Positions 14,225 to 26,401 of a stretch of DNA of 64,000 nt are shown here, one piece after another. The notes beneath the pieces were generated by a model. It saw nothing but the letters and a program-made list of their open reading frames with translations, was not told where the DNA came from and made no database searches. Numbering within the stretch: position 1 is the stretch's first letter; each line of letters begins with the position of its first letter. The stretch comes from the human T2T-CHM13v2.0 reference genome, Homo sapiens. The position numbers and the translations under genes were made by a program. Where the stretch lies: the NCBI RefSeq assembly GCF_009914755.1, contig NC_060926.1, one strand, 5' to 3'.

Positions 14225-14920
14225 TTTTTTTATTTTTAAAAATTTACATACAGTAAAATCCATTCTTTTTAGTGTACAGTTCTAGGAGTTTTGACAAATG
14301 CCACTGAGATGAGAAGTCTTCTCCCAATCGAAAGTCTTTTCTTGATCCAATGTTTCGTGGTCTCAGGGGCTTCAAGAAATGAAGCCATGGACTGCAGCGG
14401 CTAGTGTTACAGCTCGATGAGAGAAACACGTGGATGCAAAGAGTGTGCGGCAGCAAGATTTATTAAAGTGAAAGGGAAAGTAAAGCTTCCACGTGGTGGA
14501 AGCGGACCTGGAAGGCTTGCCGTTTCTGGCTTGGGTGTCTTGTGCTTATATCTCCTTATGATCCCTCCTTTTTTCCTTTTTTAGTCCTGTAGAATTAGCT
14601 TATTTTTTATCCACTTGTGGATTGGCGGGCCTGATTAGTTAAAAACATCAGGCTGCAGCTAGAGCTTAAACTCCCTATATGATTGGTTGAAGTTTCAATA
14701 CCTTAGCTTGCAGCTATGACTCATTTTGGCTTAGGGGCAAGTCCCCTTAGGGAAGTCCCTATTGATCCAGGAAGTCCAGCCAACTTAGCCAATTAGTCCC
14801 TCACCACCATTATTTTCAGAATGCAGAATGGTGCTGTCTCTCCATACAAACTCCCTCTTGCTGTTCCTTTGTAGCTCACCCTCCCACAGCCCTTAACCCC
14901 TGAAAGTCACTGATCTTCTC
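14225..14920 (-). mobile_element. Old L1M 3' fragment interrupted by an ERV LTR
   Basis: tttacatacagtaaaatccattctttttagtgtacagttctaggagttttgacaaatg | LTR | …cccttaacccctgaaagtcactgatct. Confidence 0.6.
14305..14803 (-). mobile_element. ERV1 solo LTR (HERV9/HERV-W-related, LTR12/LTR21/LTR30-like), 4-bp TSD
   Basis: TG…CA termini; TSD CCAC at 14301-14304 and 14804-14807; LTR12-like cagcaagatttatt…aaagcttccac segment; minus-strand CCAAT, TATA-like and AATAAA in U3-R order. Confidence 0.85.
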
Positions 14921-15352
14921 TGGTTCTCTCTTGGAATTTAAAAATTTGAAATGAAAATTTTTTACCTGAGCAGCAGATGTGATTTACCTCTTACCTCAGT
15001 ATTGCCTGTGGTCTGGATTTTTGTCGTATGTACTTATAGTAATAAAGTTTAGAGAAGAGCTGTTGTCTTCAGAGCATTCCTATCATTATTTTGGCAAATG
15101 CTCTTCCGTCTGGGTGCTAAAGGAAGGTCCTGAGGGTAGGGAGGATATATTGTGTTTGCAAAAATGAACAAGATCTCATAGAAAGGCCATTTTTAGCACA
15201 GAATTGCAACCCTGGTCTAAAATTAAAATTGCTTCTCCATGAGAAACAACCTTTATTAAAGTAAGTACAAATTCTTTCAGGAGAATCCCAGATTTGATAT
15301 AATTTTTAATTAAATTTCTCAAAAGCTGGAGCTCATTTATTCTTCCCTCTGT

Positions 15353-15366
15353 CTGCCACCTAGCAG
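15353..15366 (-). promoter_or_regulatory. CTCF-like motif (reverse)
   Basis: Minus strand CTGCTAGGTGGCAG, about one mismatch from the core consensus. Confidence 0.45.
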
Positions 15367-15805
15367 CAAGCTGCAACATCCTCTATTCATGGGGATCTTG
15401 CTTTGAATTCTAATTTCAAGTTGAGTTTTCATACATAATTTTGGCTCATTCCAAATTTACTGAAATTATTTTCTTGAATATCATCAATATCTACTTTCGG
15501 CTCACATTTTCACTATGGAAGTCTCCCTGGATATGGCTATTAAGAAGTTTGAGCTATATCTCCTTTCAATACTGGATTGCAGTTAGTATTTTAAAACAAA
15601 TTAAACAAAACGAATTCCCCAAACAAATTCAATTCCAATATGCATTAATTTCCTATCCTGACTAGAGATAAAAAGGTGATAAAAATGAAACTTAGAAAAA
15701 TGATTCTAGCAGCAATATTATGAAAAACATGAGCTTTTCACTGTTTATCTGACTAGTAAAAGACCAAATATGTACTGTGAAAAGTTTTAATCAACTTTGA
15801 CATTT

Positions 15806-16451
15806 TGTTCCTGGTCCAAACTGAGGGTCGGGCAGCTATCCCTTGCGCGCCAATAACAAGATGCAGATGAATTGGGGAGAAACAGAGTTTTTATTTCTGT
15901 AACCAGTCACAGGGAGAAGGCCTGGATCACCAGACCAACTCAAAATTACAAAGTTTTTCAGAGCTTATATACCTTCTAAGCTATATGTCTACATGTAAGT
16001 GTGCATTCATCTAATGTTGTAAGTGAATAACTTCTTTTAATCCGTAACTAAGGCCTAAGTCCTGAAGACCTTCCTCTGGAGCCTCAGTAAATTTACTTCA
16101 TGTAAATGGGTCCAGGTGCTGGGGTGATTACCCTTATCTTGTCTCCTGCTAAATCATGGAGGTTTGGGGAGTTCCCACAGACCTCCAATAAACTTGTTTG
16201 TGGAGGCCTGGGGAGTTGCTTCAGACCCACAGTAAAACTTGTTTAATCCTGAATAGGTTCTGTTAAGAGTTCCTTTGTTATTTTGTCATGTTTTAAGGCC
16301 CAGGAAAGGCCTAAGCAAAACTCTTGGTGGGCATTTGTTACATTCCAGCCTTTATATAAGGGTACTGACTTTTAATATTTAACTTAACCACTCAGTCAGT
16401 ACTGAAACAGTTGTTATGGAGGCCTGCATTAGTGAGACCTGGCCTGTCACA
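15806..16451 (-). mobile_element. ERV1 solo LTR, probably PABL_A-like, 4-bp TSD
   Basis: TG…CA termini with ATTT at 15802-15805 and 16452-16455; minus strand begins tgtgacaggccaggtctcactaatgcaggcctccataacaactg. Confidence 0.8.
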
Positions 16452-16992
16452 ATTTCAACCAGCATTTCATTAGGCACCATAACTAGAAACACAGTATAAA
16501 ACAGAACATACACTTGTGAGAGGCAAAAATCACTGTACTTTTAAAAATTGTCTTTACTTCCTTTTTTGTTTGTTTTAGTAGTATGGAGTTTTGGAGACAA
16601 GATCATCTACAGATCAATTCAGAATTATCAAATAGCAAATTTTCAAAAATTATTGAGTTAATCTCCATAAACCTTCACCATCTTTGACCCAATCTGCATT
16701 TCACTGCTGCTAGAACTGGACCAGTGGAAGTATTAATTTGGAGTAGTAGAGCAGAGAGTCTTTAAATACACTTTTGGGAACATTATGCCTCTGTTTTTAA
16801 CCATGTGTTTATTAACTACAAATTTCAGTTGATGGCACAAAATGTGTGCCAAATTGATAACTCTGGAATGTATTTTACCAGAGATCATCTCTGAGCTACT
16901 TGAGCTGACTGACACCCCATGTATAATGTCTGATTATACAACATCCTGGGAGCTACTTCTTCTATAGGCATTGACTATATTTAAAAACAACT

Positions 16993-17280
16993 GCTTTGGG
17001 AGGCCGATGCAGGAGGATTGCTTGAGGCCAGGAGTTCAAGACCAGACTGGGCAACAGAGTGAGACTTCCCAATGCTACAAAAAAAAAAAAAAAAAAACTT
17101 AAAGTAGCCAGGCATGGTGTCTTGTGCCTGTAGTCCTAGATACTTGGGAGGCTTAGGCAAGGGGATTGCTTGAGTCCAGGAGTTCAAGGCTGCAGTGTGT
17201 GGTGATTGTGCCACTGTACTCCAGCCTGGGTGACTGAGTGAGACCCTGTCTTTAAAGACAACAACAACAACAACAACAAC
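16993..17280 (+). mobile_element. AluJ, slightly 5' truncated, (CAA)n tail
   Basis: AluJ diagnostics (ggaggattgcttgag, gttcaaggctgcagtg); expanded middle A run; tail is a CAA microsatellite at about 17259-17280. Confidence 0.9.
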
Positions 17281-18149
17281 TCTTAGAGTCCTATGTAGGA
17301 AATAATAAAATAAACATTGAATTCATATGCATTTTGTTTTTAATTAGCCATATTTATAAACAGACTTTAATTATTTTCTACTGCCTGAGAACATATGGGT
17401 AATTACTTTGATCCCCTTATGTTTTCCAAATTGTTAGTGCATCACAATGGTATAATCTATGCTTAGAAATGCAAAGTAGCTTTGAATTTGTATTAGGGAA
17501 GGAGGAGCACCAAAGAGTCAGAGAATGAGACACATCGAGTGCCAAATGTCTTACAAATGGCATCCTAATTCAAGCCTGAAATATGAGCCGTGTCTCTGAT
17601 TAACAGGTGTAAACTCAAGTAGTCTTAGAATTTTAGAACTGGAAATGAATGATGGCATCTAGTTCTCTACATCTGAAGAAATTCAAGGCAACTGAATTAA
17701 GTGCTTGCTCAAAGTCACACAGGGAGTTAGTAAGCAGTGTAACATGGAGAGAAGCAGGAGCGGGAGTCGCCCATTAGTCCATCTTCTGACCCCCAGCGAG
17801 CACAGGAGGAGAAAGGGACAGACAGCTCTGAAATTCTCAGATCTGAAAAGGAATCCCATCATCATGGGACTCCTAATGACCTCCCATTATCAGGTGCCCG
17901 CTGATGAGTTTCCCAAAACCCTGATACATTCCCAAGAAATAGTTTTCAGCCAAATACCCTCATCAAACAAAGTCAGTCTTCTTTAAGAGTTCATGAGTAC
18001 TAGCTCTCATTGACCTGTAGCTATCACAATAGACACCTTTTGTTTTCACTATTTTTTCTGGCATTCAGTGAGTACTTAATACATTCTAGGTATTTTGCTT
18101 TATGCTTTTTTTTCTTTTTCTTTTTCCACTCACAACAAATTAATTTACT

Positions 18150-18617
18150 ATAGTAGGCACTTGTTCTGGTTATTGACTGTTTGATGCTAGATACATTTCT
18201 GGTCCTTCCCATCCTCTACTAGGTACTTCAAAAAGTTGAATCCTACAAGTTATATCACCCATACTTCCTTGCCAACTGGTTTTCAGCTAGTTTTAGTAAA
18301 GTGGGAAAATTGGTAGAGATGAGGGGTCAGGAAGAGGAGACACTGGGTACTTTTGCCCATGTCCTGATGTTTCAGGCAGCATCCTCAAGAGCGCTTGTTC
18401 TACCTCCCACTATGCAGCTTGAGCTCCAGAACTTTGGTAACACCTGCTCCTACAGGTGGTACAGGTGGCAAGGGCATCCTGCCTTGAGGACTTGCTCACC
18501 TTCCTTGTTTGCTTTTCAGTTCTTCCAACACCTTTATCATGAGCTACCCATATTAAAAATTATCTCTGGAATCCTGGACAGAGATTTTGCCACTTGTATT
18601 GAAACCTGACTAATACA
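18150..18617 (+). mobile_element. ERVL LTR (LTR33-like), degenerate
   Basis: …cttccttgccaactggttttcagctag…gtagagatgaggggtcaggaagagg… ending ctgactaataca; recognition only. Confidence 0.5.
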
Positions 18618-18684
18618 GCATTATTGTGTTCATCCCATAAATGAAGGAACTGAAAGTTAAAGATGTCAACCTCACACCAGAGAG

Positions 18685-18875
18685 TTTATTATATGCCAGG
18701 CACTAGGCTGAAAACCTGATACACATTATTTCTTTTAATCCTCACAAATTTTTATGAGGTAGGAATTATTATCTCTATTTCACAGGTGAGAAAATAAGGC
18801 TCAGCCAAATCATATTACAAGGCATCTCAGACAGGAGAATGTTCTAGCCCAGGAGAATGTTCTAGTCCTGGGATT
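18685..18875 (-). mobile_element. MIR SINE
   Basis: tatgccaggcactaggct…tttaatcctcacaa…atgaggtaggaattattatctctatttcacaggtgagaaaataaggctcag. Confidence 0.75.
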
Positions 18876-20899
18876 TGATAGACTATATTTTTTGGTATAT
18901 TGAGCAATTTTTTGGTATATTGAGCACATACTTCTTCACCAGATGCCAGAGAAGTTTGCTTACCACAACCCCTCTGTTTATAAAATTCCTTTTACATGAA
19001 GCTTTTCCCTTCACCAGATCCCCACCTCCACACTGGTGCTACCCCTTACGGTAGTCACTGAAGATTGCATCATCTGTAACATGGACAGTAAGACAAAAGC
19101 TCATTTCATGAATTGTATTATTGGATTTTGGTTTGATTTTTTGTTTTGATAGCTGTCCAGTTCTTGCTAATTTTCCAGGTTCTAAATACTTACTGACCTT
19201 TACCTTTGAGAGGAGATCTAGTACTTTCAAGGTGACAAAATTTTTTTTGATTATTAAAAGGAAAGTTAGTTCACAGACTCTTTCTTTTTTGTTGTGCCTT
19301 ATTCTTTGTTCACATCCTTAAATATTTCAAAATAGCTTTATATCGCTAGAATTTCACTGATTACTCTTTATGTCTTTTAACAGGATTTGTCTGTCCATCT
19401 GCTCTCTTCCTTCTCAATTAATTATCCTCCAAGTATTTTGTCTCTATCACAAGATGGTTTGGTTTGTCCCTGATTGGGTATTTTGGGCCTTTCCTTTCTT
19501 AAGTTAATTAAAACAAAACTATTATAAACTCCACATTAATAAAGCATAATTGAAACAACTAAGTCATTAATAGTAACAAGATACATGGCATTATTACCAG
19601 CTGTGTGACCTTAAGCAACTCACATTGGTAAATTTGCCTAATAACACGATGTCAAGGGGCTGCTTACCCAGAGACTATCTTTAGGTTATCATTTATGATT
19701 TATTGACAATCTTTAGATACAGTGGCTCTACTAGCTATGAATATATATACAACTACTTTTAGTTTCACAAGCCCACAAAAATTTATCTTTTTAAAAGATG
19801 GAAGGCATTTAACTAGAACTTCAAGAAAACTTAAAGATCATCTCACCTCTCATCTTTCCACATTTTTTTATATATGGAAAAAAAAGTTTAGAGCAGATTT
19901 ACCTAGTAAGAGGCTAGGCTTGTATAGCATTCCATTTTCTTGCTTCTTATTTCCATATTTATGAGAAACTTATCTAAGTCTCCTGTAGAATGTAAGATTC
20001 CTGATGCCTATTATATTTGGCTGAAATTACCAGTCTAATCAAGCTCTAAAATTTTATGTGCTATAATTCCAATCCTTCCTTTGAGACCACACTTGGGTCA
20101 ATCTTCCTGATAACTTTCAAATAAGCTAGCAGATCAAGTAAATCAACCAATTTGTATAAAATACGTCTTCCTCCATTCTTGTCAAGTGAAAAGAAAATGT
20201 GATTCTTTGACCTATTTGACTAAGATATTTTAACAATATTGCTGTTAACATATACCTATGTAGTATGCTACTTAGATGATGGGACATAAGAATAAGAAGC
20301 TAGACCAATGAGCATGGTGTTCAGAAGACTAAAGACCAGGATGAATAGAAATATCTGAACAATGCTGTGTAGAAGAAAATGAGTCCTGAAGACTTTGCTA
20401 CTGTTTTTTCTTCTCTTTTGTTCATTTGTTTATTTTTTGGTATACCACATACAGAGGAAGAAAAATGAAAAAGGGAAAGCCTTTGTTTTTTGACCTAGCA
20501 CAGATGGTGTTCTATTAAAAGGTGATAGAAAGAACACAGAATTATTCCACTTTCTCTTTGCTTCTATCTTTCTCTTTGCTCCTATATTTTGCTCCAAAAC
20601 AATCTTCATATTGGAAAGACACAGAGTGGTGAGAGGTAATATGGCATAATTTTTTAAATGAGCCTTGGAATCAAACATTAATTTGGACCGAGGCTCTTCT
20701 CTTAGGAGTTATGTGGTCTTAAACTATTTATCTGCTCTGAGTCTCACTTGATGGTGTCAATAGTTCCATCCCCCAGAGTGTTAGAAGTATATAAGGTGCT
20801 TTGACACAGTAACAGCTTAATAATTGATATATAATAGGGGATGGATGCCCAAAATAGGTAAGAAAATAAATAAGAATTTTAAATTAGGCAATAATTTAA

Positions 20900-21785
20900 G
20901 GTCTAAAAAAATTACATTTCAATGTGCTGAAAGAACTTATAAAAGTAATACTGATGTCACTGCTGGTAACTTTTGAAAAGTCATGGCAAATGATAGATGT
21001 GGTAGATTGTTGCTTCAATTTTCCAAAAAAAAGGGAAAAAAAGATTTTCAAGATTCAGTAATTCCAACCAGCCAGCTAGAAGGAAATTCCAGATGCAGTA
21101 TGGATTATGAAACAGATATTCTATATGCAATTTTAAAAGGAAGTTGTGATTGCTGAAACCAGCACTTAATCAAACACAAAACATGCTGAAAGCAACAAGA
21201 TTTCCTCTTTTTTTTTTCTTTTGAGGGGCTGCAAGACTAATCAGAGAAATGTCATCGCCATGATATATTTGCATCTGAAGAGGACATGTGACAAAGGTTT
21301 TATGAATCTTTAATATACTAATGTGCATTATGAATATCCAGAGGAAGCTACTGAATTCAGCACTTTTTAAATTATTTGACCATGGAACCCATTTTTTGCA
21401 GAGTAAAATCTGAAAGAAGTTGGGTTGGGCAGAACTTTGGGAAACACTAGTATATGCCTGGAAAATAAATCTCCACTTTTTATGTAGCTTTGGGGATATT
21501 GTGTTTATTTTCAAACATCATCTTTTAAAGGAACCCAGACAAACTAGAATCTTTCCAAAGGAGGGGCCAGAGTAATGAATTATATAATGCTATATTGTAG
21601 AATAAATAGTTAGGAACTATAAAAGAGACACCTGGGGAGTAAGGTTGTCCTGACAGTTGATTTCAAGTTTCTTAATGGTTGTTATATGGAGAAAGAACTG
21701 GATTACTTCTGTTTAGTTTAAGCAACCAGAAATAGGAGTAGTATCTAAGAATTATAGGGCAGCAGGTTTTGGCTGAATAAAAAAT
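20900..21785 (+). mobile_element. L3/CR1 LINE fragments (probable hAT insertion at about 21290-21450)
   Basis: 20924-20986 translates VLKELIKVILMSLLVTFEKSW, colinear with the CR1 ORF2 motif VLKELADVIAEPLSIIFEKSW; CR1-like 3' segment at 21510-21785. Confidence 0.6.
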
Positions 21786-22720
21786 TGTTGTGAGAGTGCC
21801 AGTCCTGGGGTTTGACAGACTATAATTCAACACCAGTCCTGCAGTTTTTGGCTAGGCAGCTTAATCTCTCAGAAACTTGGTTTTCTCATTTGTAATAGGG
21901 GGAAGCTGATGGAGGTACCACAAAGAGTAAATCCTACATTAAATTTGAAAAGATCCGTACAATTCCTGGCACATAGTAAGTGCTCAATAAATGGAATTCT
22001 GGTGTTATTGGTAACATATAGAGCTACTCAATAATGAAAAGGATGGAGGACATCTGATAGCAGAGAACAACTCAATAGTGTAAATGTTCAAGCATATTCT
22101 TAATTATTTAAAAAAGAACTGAAAGTCTACTTCAGGCAACACATCACGGGAAGTAGCTGTGACTCAGTTCCTGTCTTTATGAGCTAAGTCACATGGGGAC
22201 AAGCAGGGGAGTTAAGGCAAATATATTAAACAACAATAACACAAGGATGAATGCTTGCAAGAATCTCAGAAATTACGAGCGTGAGTGCTGATTATTTTGA
22301 GGGAAATATGGAAGGCTATATGAAAGTGGTAGCATATGAAGAATAGAAAATTTTTCAATGGATGCGGTAAGAAAGGAAGCAGCATGTTACAGAAGGGACT
22401 ATTATGAGGAGATGCTGTAGGCAAAAAAGCACAGGAATGTATCCAGAGAAGCAGCACAGTTTGAAGGGGATATAAATGCAAACTAGAGGTAAATGAGACA
22501 CAATTCTGGATAATTATTGGGGGGGCTACAGAATGGATCTTGTACTTGACGTGGGGGTCAGTGGGGAGACTAAATATTATGAGAGAAAGAAAAGAGTGTC
22601 TTTATCCAAACTTACTTAAAAAAAAACATGAAGTTGACAGTGGCAATAAAATTGGTTAGGATCTGTGTGATTCCTAAAGCAGGAAAGCCAATAAAAAAAA
22701 AACCACACACACTATAGTAT

Positions 22721-23947
22721 AACTGGCCAGCCAAATGCAGAAGGTTGAAACCGCATCCCTTCTTTACACCATATATAAAAATTAACTCAAGATGGATTAA
22801 AGACTTAAATATAAAACCCAAAACTATAGAAACTCTGGAAGACAACCTAGGCAATACCATGCAGGACATACACATGGACAAAGATTTCATGACGAAGACA
22901 CCAAAAGTAATTGCAACAAAAGCAAAAGTTGACAAATGAGATCTAATTACACTAAGGATCTTCTCCACAGCAAAAGAAACTATGAACAGAATAAATAACC
23001 TACAGAATGGGAGAAAATTTTTGCAAACTATGCACCTGACAAAGATCTAGTATCCATTATCTATAAGGAACTTAAACAAATTTACAAGAATAAAAAAAAG
23101 ACATGAAAAAGTGGACAGAGGACATGAATAGACACTTTTCAAAAGAAGACATACATGCAGCCAACAATCATATAAAAAAAAGCTCAACATCACTGATCAT
23201 TAGAGAAATGCAAATAAAAACTACAATGAGATACCATCTCACACCAGTCACAGTGGCTATTATGAAAAAGTAAAAAAATAACAGGTGCTGGCAAGGTTGT
23301 GGAGAAAAGGAAACACTTATACCCTGTTGGTCAGAGTGTAAATTAGTTCAACCATTGTGGAAGACAGTGTGGCGATTCCTCAAAGACCAAAAGACAGAAA
23401 TCCCATTCAACCCAGCAATCCCATTACTGGGTACATACCCAAAGGAATATAAATTGTTCTGTTATAAAGACACATGCATGTAAATGTTTATTGCAGCACT
23501 ATATGCAATAACAAAGACATGTAATCAACCTAAATGCTCATCAGTGATAGTCTGGACAAAGAAAATGTGACATATGTATATCATGGAATACTATGCAGCC
23601 ATAAAAAATATGGGATCATGTCTTTTGTGGGGACAAGGATGGAACTGGAGGCCATTATCCTTAGCAAACTAATGCAGGAACAGAAAACCAAATACTGCAT
23701 ATTATCACTTATAAGTGGGAGCTAAATAATGAGAAAATATGGAAACATTAGATGGGAACAACACACACTGGGGCCTATTGAAGGTGGAGTGTGGGAAGAG
23801 GGAGAGAATCAGGAAAAATAACTAATGGGTACTAGGCTTAATACCTGGGTGGTGACATAATCTGTAAAACAAGCCCCAATAAAACATGTTTACCTATGTA
23901 ACAAATCTGTGCATGTACTCTTGAACTTAATTTTTTTTTAAAAAAAA
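22721..23947 (+). mobile_element. L1 3' end (older L1PA, about PA13-16), 5' truncated
   Basis: ORF2 C-terminal remnants ([20 protein letters not shown]; MELEAIILSKLMQEQKTKY), 3'UTR and A tail. Confidence 0.9.
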
Positions 23948-24444
23948 GCACAATAAGTGAAAAATAAAGAGAATCTCAAGTAAGGTGGAAACAGTGGAGA
24001 CGGAAAGGAAGTCCTCACTGGGATCCACATGAAGAACTGGCTCTGTTGGAGAATATTTGACAGCAGGCAAGGGAGGTGATGGTCTCAGAAGACCAAGTTT
24101 CAGTTAAGGGAGGCCTTAACAGCAGCTTTCCAAGAGAAAGTCATGTCAGGAGTATTCCTCAGCAGAATAGCAAACAGAGACTCTTACTAAACTTTTATTC
24201 AATAGATGAATACATTATTGGCCATTTTTGGTTTTGGTTAAAGTGAAACAAAAACAGATAGATGTTACACATGAATGAATGAATGATTTGGGTTGAGCTC
24301 TAAAGAGAAAAATGGAAGATGGTAATAGAAGCAAAAGTTTGTCAGAGCCCATCTGAGGAAAGGGAAGGCTGGTTGGATAGAGATGTGAGTAAAGAACCAG
24401 CAAAGACCTTATCTAAGGATGAGTGAAGGGCACAGGAGCTAAAT

Positions 24445-24624
24445 CAGGGCTTGGCCAAATAAGGCCTGTGGCCAAACCCAACCCTACCAACCTGATTTGT
24501 GCAGCCCATGAGCTACCAATAACTTTTATGTTTTTAAATGGTTAAAGTAAATTCAAAGAAGGATAATATTTCATGACATGTGAAAATGATATGAAACTCA
24601 AATTTCAATGTCTGTGAATAAAGT
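24445..24624 (+). mobile_element. MER58B-like hAT DNA transposon, partial
   Basis: cagggcttggccaaataaggcctgtggccaaa…cccatgagcta…aatatttcatgacatgtgaaaatgatatgaaactcaaatttca. Confidence 0.7.
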
Positions 24625-24840
24625 GATGACTGTTTTTGTCATTTTATATATATATATTTTTTTTGCAGAGGGACTGGCTTGCACTTTTTAAACATTAGTT
24701 ATATTATTCTCAGTACAACCCTATAAGATAAAATTCATTCCCATTTTACTGATGAGCAAACTGCAGCTTATGTTTCAGCCAAAGTCAGACAGTTCATTAA
24801 GGGCAGAGTCATCCATGGCAATCTGCCTGTCCAGATATTA

Positions 24841-25251
<411 letters not shown>

Positions 25252-25899
25252 TCAATTAGAAGAAGGGACGGTTTAAGCAGACATATTTCTAAGAGACTTA
25301 TATGAGTTAACTCATTTGATCCTCAGCACTCCTCCATGAGTTGGATGCTATTATTAACAACCCAATATTAGATAAAGGATGACCTTCTTAAAGACCTCTT
25401 CCCAGGAAAAAGACTGTGTGTGGGTACTCTGAAGCTTTGGCTCTTCTGGTGGGGACACCACTGGGTTTCCAAAGGCTCATCCAGCCAAGCGAAGTATCTA
25501 TGACCTCGTCGTGTTCAGCGCGCTTAGGGAAGGATTCTATGGACTGCACTTTTACCCTGGTGTCCTGCATTCTTGCTCCAAGACTTCTCTTACCACTCTC
25601 ATTCCCCTAAATGCAGCTTCTGACACCTTCTAGCTACGAGTTCTTGGGCTCCTCCTTCGTGACTTCCTTTTAAGATAATTTCTGAGTTACAACAAATCAG
25701 CATTTGAAGAAATGCAGCAGATAAGTTGAAAATTCAAGTGCTGAGGAATGTAAAGGCCCAAAACAATCCCGTAGAAAGCACAGAGGCAGATGACAGTCTT
25801 TCGTTAAAGATTTCACTGCTGTAGATTTCTGAGAGTGCTGTGTAGCTGTCCTCTTTATCCTGGTGTTTGCCACTTCGAACAGTCACTTTCCCACTTGGA

Positions 25900-26401
<502 letters not shown>

